Shown here: in pieces, positions 28,071-37,697 of the stretch
Position numbering within the stretch: the first letter of the stretch is position 1
Layout: each line of letters opens with the position of its first letter
Source: Candidatus Heimdallarchaeota archaeon
Lineage (GTDB): Archaea; Asgardarchaeota; Heimdallarchaeia; Hodarchaeales; Hodarchaeaceae
Direction: 5' to 3'
DNA: 58,303 nt
Assembly: GCA_048881705.1 (NCBI GenBank)
Contig: JBHLSH010000013.1
Span: 1-58,303, forward strand
Made by a program: the position numbers and the translations under genes
The notes under the pieces: model-generated
The model's database searches: none
What the model was told of the DNA's origin: nothing
What the model saw: the letters and a program-made list of their open reading frames with translations, nothing else

Positions 28071-31000
28071 TCATTTCTTATAGATTTTTCGGGCAAAAAG
28101 ATAACAAATTCCAAGGACCACGACGAATAGTCCTTCAAATCCTGGAGAGATCTTTTGAATTGTAGTCGTAGAAGTAGAACTGGAACTCGGGGGACTACTA
28201 ACTGGATCGGGATTTAAAGGGTCTGTGGTAATCGGATGAGTTTTATCTACTGTAACAATTACAGAATCTATCGCTGTATTTCCCGAATAATCGGTTACTA
28301 CAAGGGTATAGTTATAGGTGCCTGCAGGGGAGTTTCCAACATCAATGGACACTGAGGAATTCTTAATCCATCTATCTGAGGAATAAAGTACACCATCCAG
28401 ATAAATTTCATAAGCTCCTGCATCGTTATCAGAGATCTCCCAAGTTATAATGACTGAAGCGGTCCCTTCTATGTATGTTTGGTCTGGAAGATGAGATATT
28501 ATAGGTGAGTTGCCGTCAGCCACGCTGATAGTCACATATGAGGAGGTTGTAAGCCCGTAGAAGTCCGAGAAGATAATCGTAAAGATATGGTCTCCAAAAC
28601 TCAATCCATCGAGAACGTAGGTAATCTCGGTATTATTTTCCCAAGTTCCACCAATTATGGTACCATTAGCCAATACCATGGAATAGGTGGTGGGATTATA
28701 GTCGATTGCGACCCATGAGAGTACAAGACCTGTACTGTCATCAACAGTCTGATTCTGAGGTGAGGCCAAAATTATCGGGGCAGTGTTATCTATTATCGTT
28801 ACAAAAACCGTATCTTGGGCAAATGATCCCCGAATATCATAAACTACCAAAGTAAAGTTGTATATTCGTGGCGCTAAATCAGGGATTAGGGTCATGATAG
28901 TAGCGGTTCCTATCCAGGGACCGGACTGAACAATAGAATTGTTTCTATAAATCACATAGACATCAGGATTTAGATCTGAGACAATCCATGTAATATTCTT
29001 ATCAAGACTGTGTTCCAGGATAAAGAAATCGGATTCATTACTAATATTTGGAGCCGTTGAATCTATGGTCACAAAAACGAAGACGGTATCATTCAGAACA
29101 TAGCTTTGAGACGTATTAACCCAAAGGGTATAATTGTATGTTCCTGGACCTAGATTATCAACGGAATAGTTAATAAGGGTGTTATTCGTCCAAGTTCCGC
29201 CATCAACTGGGAAGCTATCCTGATAGATTGTATAGCTCCCCGTATCATTACTGATAATACTCCAATAAATCAGGTTGTTTATCATCCCTTCAGTGTACGA
29301 GATATCCAATGGATGATTTATGGCCGTGCCCGATAACGCTTTTACAACAACGAAAATGGTATCTGAGGTTGTTAGATTGCTTATGTCTTTCAGAACAATC
29401 GTATAGTTATAAATACCAACAACTGCATCATATATGATTAAATCAATGGGAAAGCTGCTGTTCCAATTATCAGACTGAATTAGGACTCCATTCTGATAGA
29501 TTTCATAATCCGTAGGATTATAATCACTTGCAATCCACGAGATTATTGTAACCGATGTGTTTTCTGCGATTGTTTGATTTCCTGGACTTGTGACTATCGG
29601 AATGGTTGAGTCAGGAAGTACCGTAACGAAAACAGTGCTGGTGGCGTTTAACCCTGAAGTATCATAAACGATCATGGTTACATTATAAGTGCCAGGAGCG
29701 AGCCCTGTAGGATCAAAATAAATGTACGAACCTGAAGTCCATGTCCCATTAGTATATTCGGAATCATCAACGAATACCGTATAATTATCCGGATGTTTAT
29801 CCGTGGCAATCCAGGTGATGGGAAGCGTGAAATAACCGTATTCATAGGAGATATTGGCGGGTTGGCTTACAACAGGAGTCGTTCCATCATAAATCATGAT
29901 ATAATGCGTAGAAGAATTAATATTGGAAGAAGAGTCATTTGCATAAAGTATAAATTCGTATACTCCCAATGGTAAACTAGTTACATTGACAATAATGGTC
30001 TGCCCAGATTGCCAAGAGCCATTGGCATAAAGTACGCCATCTTTGAATATGGTATAATTCCATGGATAAAAATCTGTAAGAGTCCAGTTGATTGATATAT
30101 CAGGTGAATCCTCCATAAAAACAAAAACTTTACCAGATGTTAAATTCGGGGGGATGGTATCCAATACCGTAACAAAAATGGTGTTACTTTTTATATTACC
30201 ATCTGTATCGCGAAAAGTAACAGTAACATTAGTTTCACCTAAATCGAACCCATCAACGGATACATTAAAGAATTCTCTTGATGTAAAAGTATTTGTTCCT
30301 TGTGAACTCCCATTAAAAAATACTTCATAATTATCTGGACTCTCATCTATTGCTCTCCATGTCAAATTATGACCGATTGAATGGGTTTCGTAAGTCAAAT
30401 TGGTAGGAGAGTTTATAATTTCTGGATTAAATGTTTCATTATTCCAAATTGACAAGGGAAAGTTATCTTCTACCCCACCTAAACCATCTAACGCATAAGG
30501 CGTATCAAGAATTCCATCTGAATTAGAGTCCATTCCCAAATGATCTAACCAGAAATTTCCAAATGTCCCATTGTCAGCATAGTTTGTAGACGTGCTAGAG
30601 AACCCTTGTACTACATTATGTAAAAAATTGTTACCATAAAAGGTATTATTGTCCGAGGAGGAAAAATAAATTCCATAAGAATTGTTTATGACATTGTTAT
30701 CAAAGAAAGTGTTATTGTCTCCACTCCAGACGTAGAATCCATAACCGTTGTTTACTATTGTGTTGTTTTGATATCGGCCATAAAGACCATTTAAAATCCT
30801 TAAAGCGTAGGAGTTTCCTTTGAATGTATTGTTATAAACCCAGCTCGCGCCGACATTACTGTTCAAGCCATATGTATTGTTTGTGAAAGTATTTTCGTAG
30901 ATAGTATTATTATCGGAGCTGGAAGCAAACCGCACACCTTCTCCAGTATTATTTTCAAATATATTGCCAGAAAAAATGTTGTGACTAGTAAAACTTTGGA

Positions 31001-31868
31001 AAAAAATTATGGTATCACCATTGTATTTGAAAATATTCTTTGAAATAGTATTATATTCAAAAAATGAAGATGACCAGATAGAGTATTGTATATTATGAGA
31101 AAAGGTATTGTTATAATATGTATTGAAATCACAGCTTGATGAATGTGCGATTCCATTGAGGTTATAGGAAATATTATTGTGATTAATCTTATTATAACTT
31201 GAGACAGTTAGTTTAATGGCCCCAGTAATATCTGTATTCTCAATAATAGTATTGTATTCAATAATATTGGCATTACTTACCCAAATATTGATTCCGATTT
31301 CGTGGTTATTTTGTATAAGATTATGAGTAATATTGTTTCCATCACTGCTGGACAAATATAAACCATACTGAGTATTGTTAAACAAGGTATTATTGTATAT
31401 CGTACCTACATTATTAACACTTGAAAAGAAGATTCCTGATGAACCAACTCCAGTCATTTCTATATAGCTATTGCGAATAACGAAGTACATTGTCGTTGCG
31501 ATGGAAATCCCATAGATACCATCAGTACTATTAACTATTGCTACATTTTCGATGATGTACGGATTACTTGAAGAACCATTTCCTAGCCAGCCTTCATTTA
31601 GTGCCTGGCTGGCAAAATCAGAGTTTCCGTTGATTACGATGGGATCATGGGCTGTATAGGACTGAAGATTAAACAGAGGAAAAGAGGAGTGTATAGGTGT
31701 CGAGGCCGTTAGGGGATCTAGAGTCTCAGATGTAGTATTCCAGGGAGAAGTGTCGAGATCGGTATGATTTAGGATGAACCAATCAGTGAATGCAAAGGTG
31801 GCTAAAGAAGAACAGATGAGTAATAAAGCGAGGAAGAAAACAGGTTTTTTAGACCTAAAAATCATCAT
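28071..31868 (-). CDS. Giant cell-surface protein: NosD/beta-helix domain + 8 Ig-like repeats + Ser/Thr linker + PGF-like C-terminal anchor
   Basis: Signal peptide; (N-x-T-I-x-x-N) beta-helix repeats; eight ~91-aa repeats; ends SSSSTSTTTIQKISPGFEGLFVVVLGICYLFARKIYKK. Confidence 0.9.
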   Translation of the reverse strand: MMIFRSKKPVFFLALLLICSSLATFAFTDWFILNHTDLDTSPWNTTSETLDPLTASTPIHSSFPLFNLQSYTAHDPIVINGNSDFASQALNEGWLGNGSSSNPYIIENVAIVNSTDGIYGISIATTMYFVIRNSYIEMTGVGSSGIFFSSVNNVGTIYNNTLFNNTQYGLYLSSSDGNNITHNLIQNNHEIGINIWVSNANIIEYNTIIENTDITGAIKLTVSSYNKINHNNISYNLNGIAHSSSCDFNTYYNNTFSHNIQYSIWSSSFFEYNTISKNIFKYNGDTIIFFQSFTSHNIFSGNIFENNTGEGVRFASSSDNNTIYENTFTNNTYGLNSNVGASWVYNNTFKGNSYALRILNGLYGRYQNNTIVNNGYGFYVWSGDNNTFFDNNVINNSYGIYFSSSDNNTFYGNNFLHNVVQGFSSTSTNYADNGTFGNFWLDHLGMDSNSDGILDTPYALDGLGGVEDNFPLSIWNNETFNPEIINSPTNLTYETHSIGHNLTWRAIDESPDNYEVFFNGSSQGTNTFTSREFFNVSVDGFDLGETNVTVTFRDTDGNIKSNTIFVTVLDTIPPNLTSGKVFVFMEDSPDISINWTLTDFYPWNYTIFKDGVLYANGSWQSGQTIIVNVTSLPLGVYEFILYANDSSSNINSSTHYIMIYDGTTPVVSQPANISYEYGYFTLPITWIATDKHPDNYTVFVDDSEYTNGTWTSGSYIYFDPTGLAPGTYNVTMIVYDTSGLNATSTVFVTVLPDSTIPIVTSPGNQTIAENTSVTIISWIASDYNPTDYEIYQNGVLIQSDNWNSSFPIDLIIYDAVVGIYNYTIVLKDISNLTTSDTIFVVVKALSGTAINHPLDISYTEGMINNLIYWSIISNDTGSYTIYQDSFPVDGGTWTNNTLINYSVDNLGPGTYNYTLWVNTSQSYVLNDTVFVFVTIDSTAPNISNESDFFILEHSLDKNITWIVSDLNPDVYVIYRNNSIVQSGPWIGTATIMTLIPDLAPRIYNFTLVVYDIRGSFAQDTVFVTIIDNTAPIILASPQNQTVDDSTGLVLSWVAIDYNPTTYSMVLANGTIIGGTWENNTEITYVLDGLSFGDHIFTIIFSDFYGLTTSSYVTISVADGNSPIISHLPDQTYIEGTASVIITWEISDNDAGAYEIYLDGVLYSSDRWIKNSSVSIDVGNSPAGTYNYTLVVTDYSGNTAIDSVIVTVDKTHPITTDPLNPDPVSSPPSSSSTSTTTIQKISPGFEGLFVVVLGICYLFARKIYKK
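28240..30440 (-). repeat. Eight tandem ~91-aa Ig-like repeats (protein level)
   Basis: Consensus P-x-I...I-x-W...D-x-x-P-x-x-Y-x-I...G-x-W...L-x-x-G-x-YNYT...D-x-x-G...DTVFVTV, counted eight times. Confidence 0.85.
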
Positions 31869-32214
31869 GATTATCCATCCTAGGAAGTGAAAAGGAGCGC
31901 GGGAAAAAAAGTTCAAGATAATTAGTAGCTACTAGTATTAATAAGACGATCTAGACAATTTGACCAAACTTCAGAGAGAGTAACATCCGTAAAATCAATG
32001 AAGCCCTATTTTGTTTCCTCCCCAGGCTTGAAATGTGGACAAAACTAGGTCGGTTTCTTCCTTTTCTTTGGTCATTCCTTATGACACAATTTATTTGGAT
32101 TTACATTTTCTCAAGAGCAAATATCTTTGAATTTTACTTCTACCTCCTTGACTTTCCTCTAATCTTGAATTTCTTGCTTCTTATTGAAGAGCGTTGGCCC
32201 GATGTGATATGATG

Positions 32215-33276
32215 CTAAGTTCTCTTGTTTTTTATTCTGGAAAGCATTAAAACAATGATTAATGGATATAGCAGAACCATATCAAATCCTTGAGTTACAA
32301 CAGAAGAGGAAGAAAGAGCGTTCGATTTCAGATCCGGGACTATTCGGACTTCGTGTTCTCCCCTGAGTAGTTCATCGTATAGATTAAACCTGACTGGGTA
32401 CTCATAATCGCGTTGAATGTACAGGACAACATCTCGGGTTTGAGGATACATGATATACGAATATACAGTTCCTATATAGCTTGAGGTTCCTTCCAGATGT
32501 ACCATTCGAAGTATCTCTTGAATGTGTTTCTCGGTTATGTCATTATTGTCTATGAAATACTCTAAATTATTCTTGACTGCGCTATACCGCGGGCAGGGAT
32601 AGGATCCATGTGAATAGTTATCTAGGTTAAAATTTGTTGAGATTAAAAAATCCCCAAACTTTCGTGTAAATGCAACATGATGATTTCGACCAGCACTAAT
32701 CACCACTGCCTTGCCGGTTGCATCCGCCCAATGAATCTGATTTCCCCACCAACCGCCCATATTGTGAGTCATGTGCCATTGTATAACATCTTCTACGGTC
32801 GCACATTCCTGTAAAATGACTTCCCAGTCGCTTATGCTGCTCCTTGCAGGCCCTCCTTGGTTGGGAGTCAGATAAACGGGTGGCATTACTCCATTGGCAT
32901 CAAAGCATAGGCCTTGAGAATTCATCCCTCCGACCGCTAAACCATCGATATCGTCGGCTCCTGGGAGATTATCCGTAAAGCCAAAATAAACTGCGCCATA
33001 AGTACTTTCATCAGGGGCAGGTACAAACCAGAATCTTGTATTCTTCCGTGGGCCGCTTTCATCTTCACTACTGGCAAAATAGATTTCATTGTTGAATTCT
33101 ACAGTAAAAATGGTACAACCAGTGACAGGCAAGACGGGAAAATCCTGTGAGCTCTGGGGGAGGTTATTATCATAAGAAATTTGATAAGGTATTTCAACAG
33201 TTAGAGATGAGATTCTTATTGACGTAAGAATAAAGACAAAGCTGATTGCAAATATATAGATGTGAGTCTTCTCCAT
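32215..33276 (-). CDS. Surface-anchored Ntn hydrolase (choloylglycine hydrolase / penicillin V acylase-like)
   Basis: Signal peptide, then GCTIFT with the nucleophilic Cys; GMNSQGL, ISTNF, PCPRY; C-terminal SSSSVVTQGFDMVLL...RIKNKRT. Confidence 0.8.
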   Translation of the reverse strand: MEKTHIYIFAISFVFILTSIRISSLTVEIPYQISYDNNLPQSSQDFPVLPVTGCTIFTVEFNNEIYFASSEDESGPRKNTRFWFVPAPDESTYGAVYFGFTDNLPGADDIDGLAVGGMNSQGLCFDANGVMPPVYLTPNQGGPARSSISDWEVILQECATVEDVIQWHMTHNMGGWWGNQIHWADATGKAVVISAGRNHHVAFTRKFGDFLISTNFNLDNYSHGSYPCPRYSAVKNNLEYFIDNNDITEKHIQEILRMVHLEGTSSYIGTVYSYIMYPQTRDVVLYIQRDYEYPVRFNLYDELLRGEHEVRIVPDLKSNALSSSSVVTQGFDMVLLYPLIIVLMLSRIKNKRT

Positions 33277-33571
33277 GATTTGCACCTTTGCTCTCTAACC
33301 ATTCATGAGTTTATTTAAGCATTCAGAAGGAGGCATTTAATCTAGAAATATCTCCTTATATATAACCAGGATTTGAGAGATATGGAGTTTTTCTGAAATT
33401 CAGTCAAATATAGGGCAAGCAGGGAGAAAAAGATACTCTAGAGTATAGTTCGAGAATCCTCTGAAATCTCAGAGCTTTTTTTAGATAAAAATTGAGAAAG
33501 TTCGAAAACCTTCTAAAACGAAACAACGTGAAGAAAGTTTTATTAGGCAGAAAATCATAATATATGGTATT

Positions 33572-33985
33572 ATGGATGAGGCACAAGAGAGGGACATCAA
33601 TGCGGTTAAAGAGGTGTTAAACCAATTTGCTATTGGTTTAAACTCAGGAAATTTAGATCACTGGATGTCCATATGGGCTGACAACGCGGTACAGATGCCA
33701 CCGGACACTCCGAGTAGAATCGGGAAAAATTACATACGAGAAAGAAGTCAGGGCACGTTTGAACGTATGAATTTTGAAATAAAGATCGATTTAAAGGAGA
33801 CTAAGGTATATGGTGACTTGGGAATAACTAGATGCAATTACACGTTGAAACTTATTCCCAAAGATGGCGGCGAGACGATTAATGCGGTGCCAGATGGTAA
33901 GGCTTTAACCTTATATAAAAGACAATCTGATAGTTCTTGGAAGATCATATACGATTGTTTCAACTCTAATGTCCCTCCAACCTAA
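33572..33985 (+). CDS. SnoaL/NTF2-like DUF4440 (YybH-like) protein
   Basis: WADNAVQMPP...IGKNYIR...GKALTLYKRQSDSSWKIIYDCFNS. Confidence 0.85.
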   Translation: MDEAQERDINAVKEVLNQFAIGLNSGNLDHWMSIWADNAVQMPPDTPSRIGKNYIRERSQGTFERMNFEIKIDLKETKVYGDLGITRCNYTLKLIPKDGGETINAVPDGKALTLYKRQSDSSWKIIYDCFNSNVPPT

Positions 33986-34101
33986 ATAGGATGGGGTAAA
34001 CCTATATCAGGAACAGATTTAAAACAAATCTGTTTTAGGATGTCCCTGTAGTCAATTCATTCTACATAAACATCTGATCTGCCGGCAAAATCTTTCTCAA
34101 A

Positions 34102-34332
34102 ATGAATCAAGAAACTCTGGAACAATTTTATGTAACAGGGGACTATTCCTTACTCTTAGAAGAAGTTAGAAGATTAGCATATGACCAGACAGCAGCAAAT
34201 TTAACCGACATTGACTCTATATACGTTTCTTTTCACAGCAGAGCATTGATACGACTTGGAGGAGTGAATGAGGCTGAAACCCTCATTTATAACGCATCAA
34301 ACATGCTGGTTACCAAACTCAGAAGAGCATAG
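34102..34332 (+). pseudogene. Truncated helical (TPR-like) N-terminal fragment
   Basis: 76 aa (LEQFYVTGDYSLLLEEV...SRALIRLGGVNEAETLI) ending 18 nt from the convergent merB-like gene. Confidence 0.35.
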
Positions 34333-34349
34333 TTGGATTAAACGTATTG

Positions 34350-35264
34350 TTATTCAGGATCATTGTGGTATGTACTACCAACAAAAGAACTCATGAGTTT
34401 TTTACCAAATGGCGTTAAAGAGTAGATTTCCTTGAGATGGGAAGGATGAGCTTCTTCTATGAGACCATTTTTTATCAGAGTACTTGTCAACATACCTTTT
34501 ATCTGTTCGTAGGAATATGTATCTAAGAGAAGCTCATTGTTTTGAATGTACTGTTCAACCAGTTGATCCCCAGTCAAATAATCGTGCTGGTAGAAGGAAA
34601 GGATAGCAGAAAAGAAATCTTCGAGCAGTTTTACAATATTCTCTCTCCCAAAAGAGTGTTTTCCGTATTTTAACGCAGTGACAAAATCCAAGCTGTCCAC
34701 TCTAGCCAAATGTTTCCCTGTTAGGGTTTCCCTGTCTGTTACAAATCCGATATAAGGACAAAAATCAACTGCTTGATCAATAGCCTGGCCTACTTGTATT
34801 TCACTGCCTTTGGGGTTTGTGATCACTAATTCCTTAAATTTTTCACCTAATTGAGAAATTACATGGTCATCGGAGAAACTAGGATCTATTGTGAATTGAA
34901 TGGGCTCATTGGTTACTTGATCTGTACTCTCAATGGTCGTTGTTTTCCCAAACAGATAAGGAACTCCAAGTGCATCTATAGCGCACATGGCATACCCAGC
35001 CCCAATTCCTTCAACATGGACCTTGTATTTGGTTTTATTCGGGGAAATTGGATAAGCCCCTCTTAGATTATCATTTTCGTCATAGCTAAGCATTGAAAAG
35101 GTTTTAGTCAGTGCAATATAGTTGAATTTATCAAATTCGAAAGAAAACTGAATTTTCAATTCCTCGAATGATTTTCCGACTAATAAATTTTCCAACACTT
35201 TGATGTGAAGGTTAAGAAACTCTTTTACTTTATCGTTTGTGGTATTTATTTGGATTCGAGACAT
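34350..35264 (-). CDS. merB: Organomercurial lyase MerB-like protein with extra C-terminal winged helix
   Basis: RGAYPIS, YAMCAIDALG (C-x2-D), TIESTDQVTNEPI, FCPYIGF; tail LIKNGLIEE...YSLTPFGKKL. Confidence 0.75.
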   Translation of the reverse strand: MSRIQINTTNDKVKEFLNLHIKVLENLLVGKSFEELKIQFSFEFDKFNYIALTKTFSMLSYDENDNLRGAYPISPNKTKYKVHVEGIGAGYAMCAIDALGVPYLFGKTTTIESTDQVTNEPIQFTIDPSFSDDHVISQLGEKFKELVITNPKGSEIQVGQAIDQAVDFCPYIGFVTDRETLTGKHLARVDSLDFVTALKYGKHSFGRENIVKLLEDFFSAILSFYQHDYLTGDQLVEQYIQNNELLLDTYSYEQIKGMLTSTLIKNGLIEEAHPSHLKEIYSLTPFGKKLMSSFVGSTYHNDPE

Positions 35265-35305
35265 TCTAATTTCCCAGTCTTCGTTTGATCGATAGTCAAT
35301 TTGTC

Positions 35306-35327
35306 AATTGTCTAGTATTCGACAATT
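35306..35327. promoter_or_regulatory. Putative operator between the merB-like gene and its divergent regulator
   Basis: Perfect AATTGTC-N8-GACAATT, abutting TTATAT. Confidence 0.5.
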
Positions 35328-35374
35328 ATATTTTTGATAGTTAACCTTTTAAATGTTTGTGTTTATGTAAAATC

Positions 35375-36013
35375 ATGAGTAAATCAACACTTACGGATTC
35401 CAAACTGACAATGGAATCGTTGAATAATATTGTTACTAATTTAAAAGATCCTATTCGAGGGTACATCTTTATTGAGGTATTAAGAAATCCAGAAATAACA
35501 GCTAACGAGCTGAAACATCGTATGAAGTTGAAAGGGAGCAATATCTACTTTCATATTAATAAACTGGTGGAGAATAATATTCTCGAGTACACTGGGTTTG
35601 AAGAGGTTGAGTATAAGAGCCAAAGTTTGTCCAGAAAGAAGATTAAGCTAAAAGATTGGATAACAAACGAATTGGTTATGAGTAATCAAACTGAATTATC
35701 TGATGACCTCGTAAAGGCTGTTTACTTACTGCAGCTGAATTTATCGGTTGCGGTGTTGAATCAACAGATTCGTGATCTAGAACAAATTGATGAAAAAGCA
35801 TTTACTGAATCACTAAAAAGCGGCGAAATCCCGCTTAGTGTTTTTTCTTTCGTCGATCGCGAAATAGTCCGCCAAATTTCGGATCAAATCACGGAACTAG
35901 TCAATGCTTGTAATGATAAATATGTCGGAAGACCCATGATAGAAGTGATGAAGGAATGCAATTATGGGGTAGTAAGTGGGTTGTTTTCCTTTAATGACCT
36001 ATTAGATGAGTGA
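35375..36013 (+). CDS. ArsR-like winged-helix transcriptional regulator
   Basis: LKDPIRGYIFIEVLRNPEITANEL...GSNIYFHINKLVENNIL. Confidence 0.8.
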   Translation: MSKSTLTDSKLTMESLNNIVTNLKDPIRGYIFIEVLRNPEITANELKHRMKLKGSNIYFHINKLVENNILEYTGFEEVEYKSQSLSRKKIKLKDWITNELVMSNQTELSDDLVKAVYLLQLNLSVAVLNQQIRDLEQIDEKAFTESLKSGEIPLSVFSFVDREIVRQISDQITELVNACNDKYVGRPMIEVMKECNYGVVSGLFSFNDLLDE

Positions 36014-36249
36014 TTCCTGACATTATTTCTTGTCATTTAAATTATGATACTCCCCATTCCCTTCTGGTTTTCTTGCAGGAATTGCTCTTATTTCAGGATT
36101 TTAAGGAGATCTTTTACCCTTTTTTATGTTGTATAGTTTTGTAGAGGCTTTACTTCTGGCGCTGATCGTTTGGTATGCCTGGAGCTGGCCGCTGCAGGAA
36201 GAGAAACCCTAGTAAGAGCATTTCACAAACAAATCCTCTAGGGTACTAT

Positions 36250-36900
36250 TCATGATAAAAATAAAAGCCATCCTCCTATGATAATCTCAAAAAGGAGAAC
36301 TAATAGACCCCCGCTTAGAACGCCTTGAAATTTGGGTTTGATAAACCAGATTCCGATGCCGATACCATAGAGAATGCTCGCAACAATCCCGAACCATCCA
36401 ATAAGAACTGGAACAACATCAGTGGTGATAAACAGAACCGAGTATGCCAGGGTTCCAATGGAGAACAAGATCTGGGCAAAAGCGAAATTAGCGTGTCTTA
36501 GTTTGATAATGTTCTGGGCCGCGCCAAGCAGCTCATGTTTTGCAGCACCATTAGTGTCAGAGTATTGTTTTCCAATATAGAGAAGCCCCCAGTATTTTTT
36601 TCTGTTGAAAATCTGGATCAAGCCTTCTGCTACGCGGGAGTTAAGCCAGATCAACCCAAGAACTATGTTATAGTGACCAAATGCAAGAAACAGCATGATA
36701 GCAAGGAAAATTATGCTAAGGTGCTCAATAAGGAGTAATCCGAAGCTTATTTCAAATTTTCTGGGATCATCATGGATTTTTTTAAGCTTAGGCTTGGAGT
36801 TTATATCAGAACCAATTCCATGACCGAGAATTTCACTTAAAATGTTCAGAATTATTATAATCAGGAAGAGTAACCCAGATAGACGCATTTCGAGATTCAT
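36250..36900 (-). CDS. DUF4386-family membrane protein
   Basis: LSGLLFLIII, SRVAEG, FSIGTLAYSVLF...VPVLIGWFG, LFEIIIGGWLL pattern. Confidence 0.8.
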   Translation of the reverse strand: MNLEMRLSGLLFLIIIILNILSEILGHGIGSDINSKPKLKKIHDDPRKFEISFGLLLIEHLSIIFLAIMLFLAFGHYNIVLGLIWLNSRVAEGLIQIFNRKKYWGLLYIGKQYSDTNGAAKHELLGAAQNIIKLRHANFAFAQILFSIGTLAYSVLFITTDVVPVLIGWFGIVASILYGIGIGIWFIKPKFQGVLSGGLLVLLFEIIIGGWLLFLS

Positions 36901-36993
36901 TGAGAATCTGCCAACCTCGTTATTCTATATTTATAAAACCCGTTCTTGTATTGATAACCTTAGCGATTTAACATTGGCATGATGAGGTGGTGA

Positions 36994-37026
36994 ATGCGTA
37001 ATTCTGACAAACCCAAATTTAAATGA
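36994..37026 (+). other. 10-codon leader ORF overlapping the GNAT start (ATGA)
   Basis: GAGGTGGTGA directly upstream of ATG 36994. MRNSDKPKFK*, with TGA at 37024-37026 overlapping ATG 37023. Confidence 0.35.
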
Positions 37027-37559
37027 CGAAGGAGATACCAGCTCTTTCAGATAACCACCCAAACATTCTAGAAGAAGTTAAGATGAGAATCAGAGAGTAT
37101 AGCCCAGCCGACAAGGTTCAAATTCTTCAATTACATGTAGAGTTCGAACAGGAATTTTCTCCCGATATCTACCTTGAGAATTCCTTATCGACACAAAGCG
37201 AATTAGAAGAAAGATATACCTATTTTATCCATCAAGAAGGGCAATTTTGGGTGATGGAAGAACGTGGAGTAGTCGTGGGTTTGATCGGAGTTCAATTACA
37301 GGAGAATGATAGGGCAGAACTCATTCAACTTCGTGTGAGAAAAAGCCACCAACGGAGGGGGATTGCAACATTGTTAATTAAGAAGGTTGAAGAAACGGCT
37401 TTATTCCATGGAAAGAAACAGATTTATCTTCAGACGGCGGAACCCCTCATTAAGGCTCGAACCCTATATGGAAAACTCGGTTATATTTTGGAGAATACCT
37501 CAAAATTTTCTGGGTTTACTGTGATGACTTACAAAAAGGATTTGGTAACAACTAAGTAG
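37023..37559 (+). CDS. GNAT-family N-acetyltransferase
   Basis: AELIQLRVRKSHQRRGIATLLI...ARTLYGKLGY. Alternative start at ATG 37083. Confidence 0.9.
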   Translation: MTKEIPALSDNHPNILEEVKMRIREYSPADKVQILQLHVEFEQEFSPDIYLENSLSTQSELEERYTYFIHQEGQFWVMEERGVVVGLIGVQLQENDRAELIQLRVRKSHQRRGIATLLIKKVEETALFHGKKQIYLQTAEPLIKARTLYGKLGYILENTSKFSGFTVMTYKKDLVTTK

Positions 37560-37697
37560 CCCTAGTTTGCGATTGGGCTTTTGAAGATGATTTTCAAACG
37601 ATTTCTTTCCCCAATAAGATGGGGAAAAAAAGCTAAATGATAAATCAAAAAAAGAAGCAACAGCCTATAGTAGTACGTGATTTCTCTCTGGAATGAT

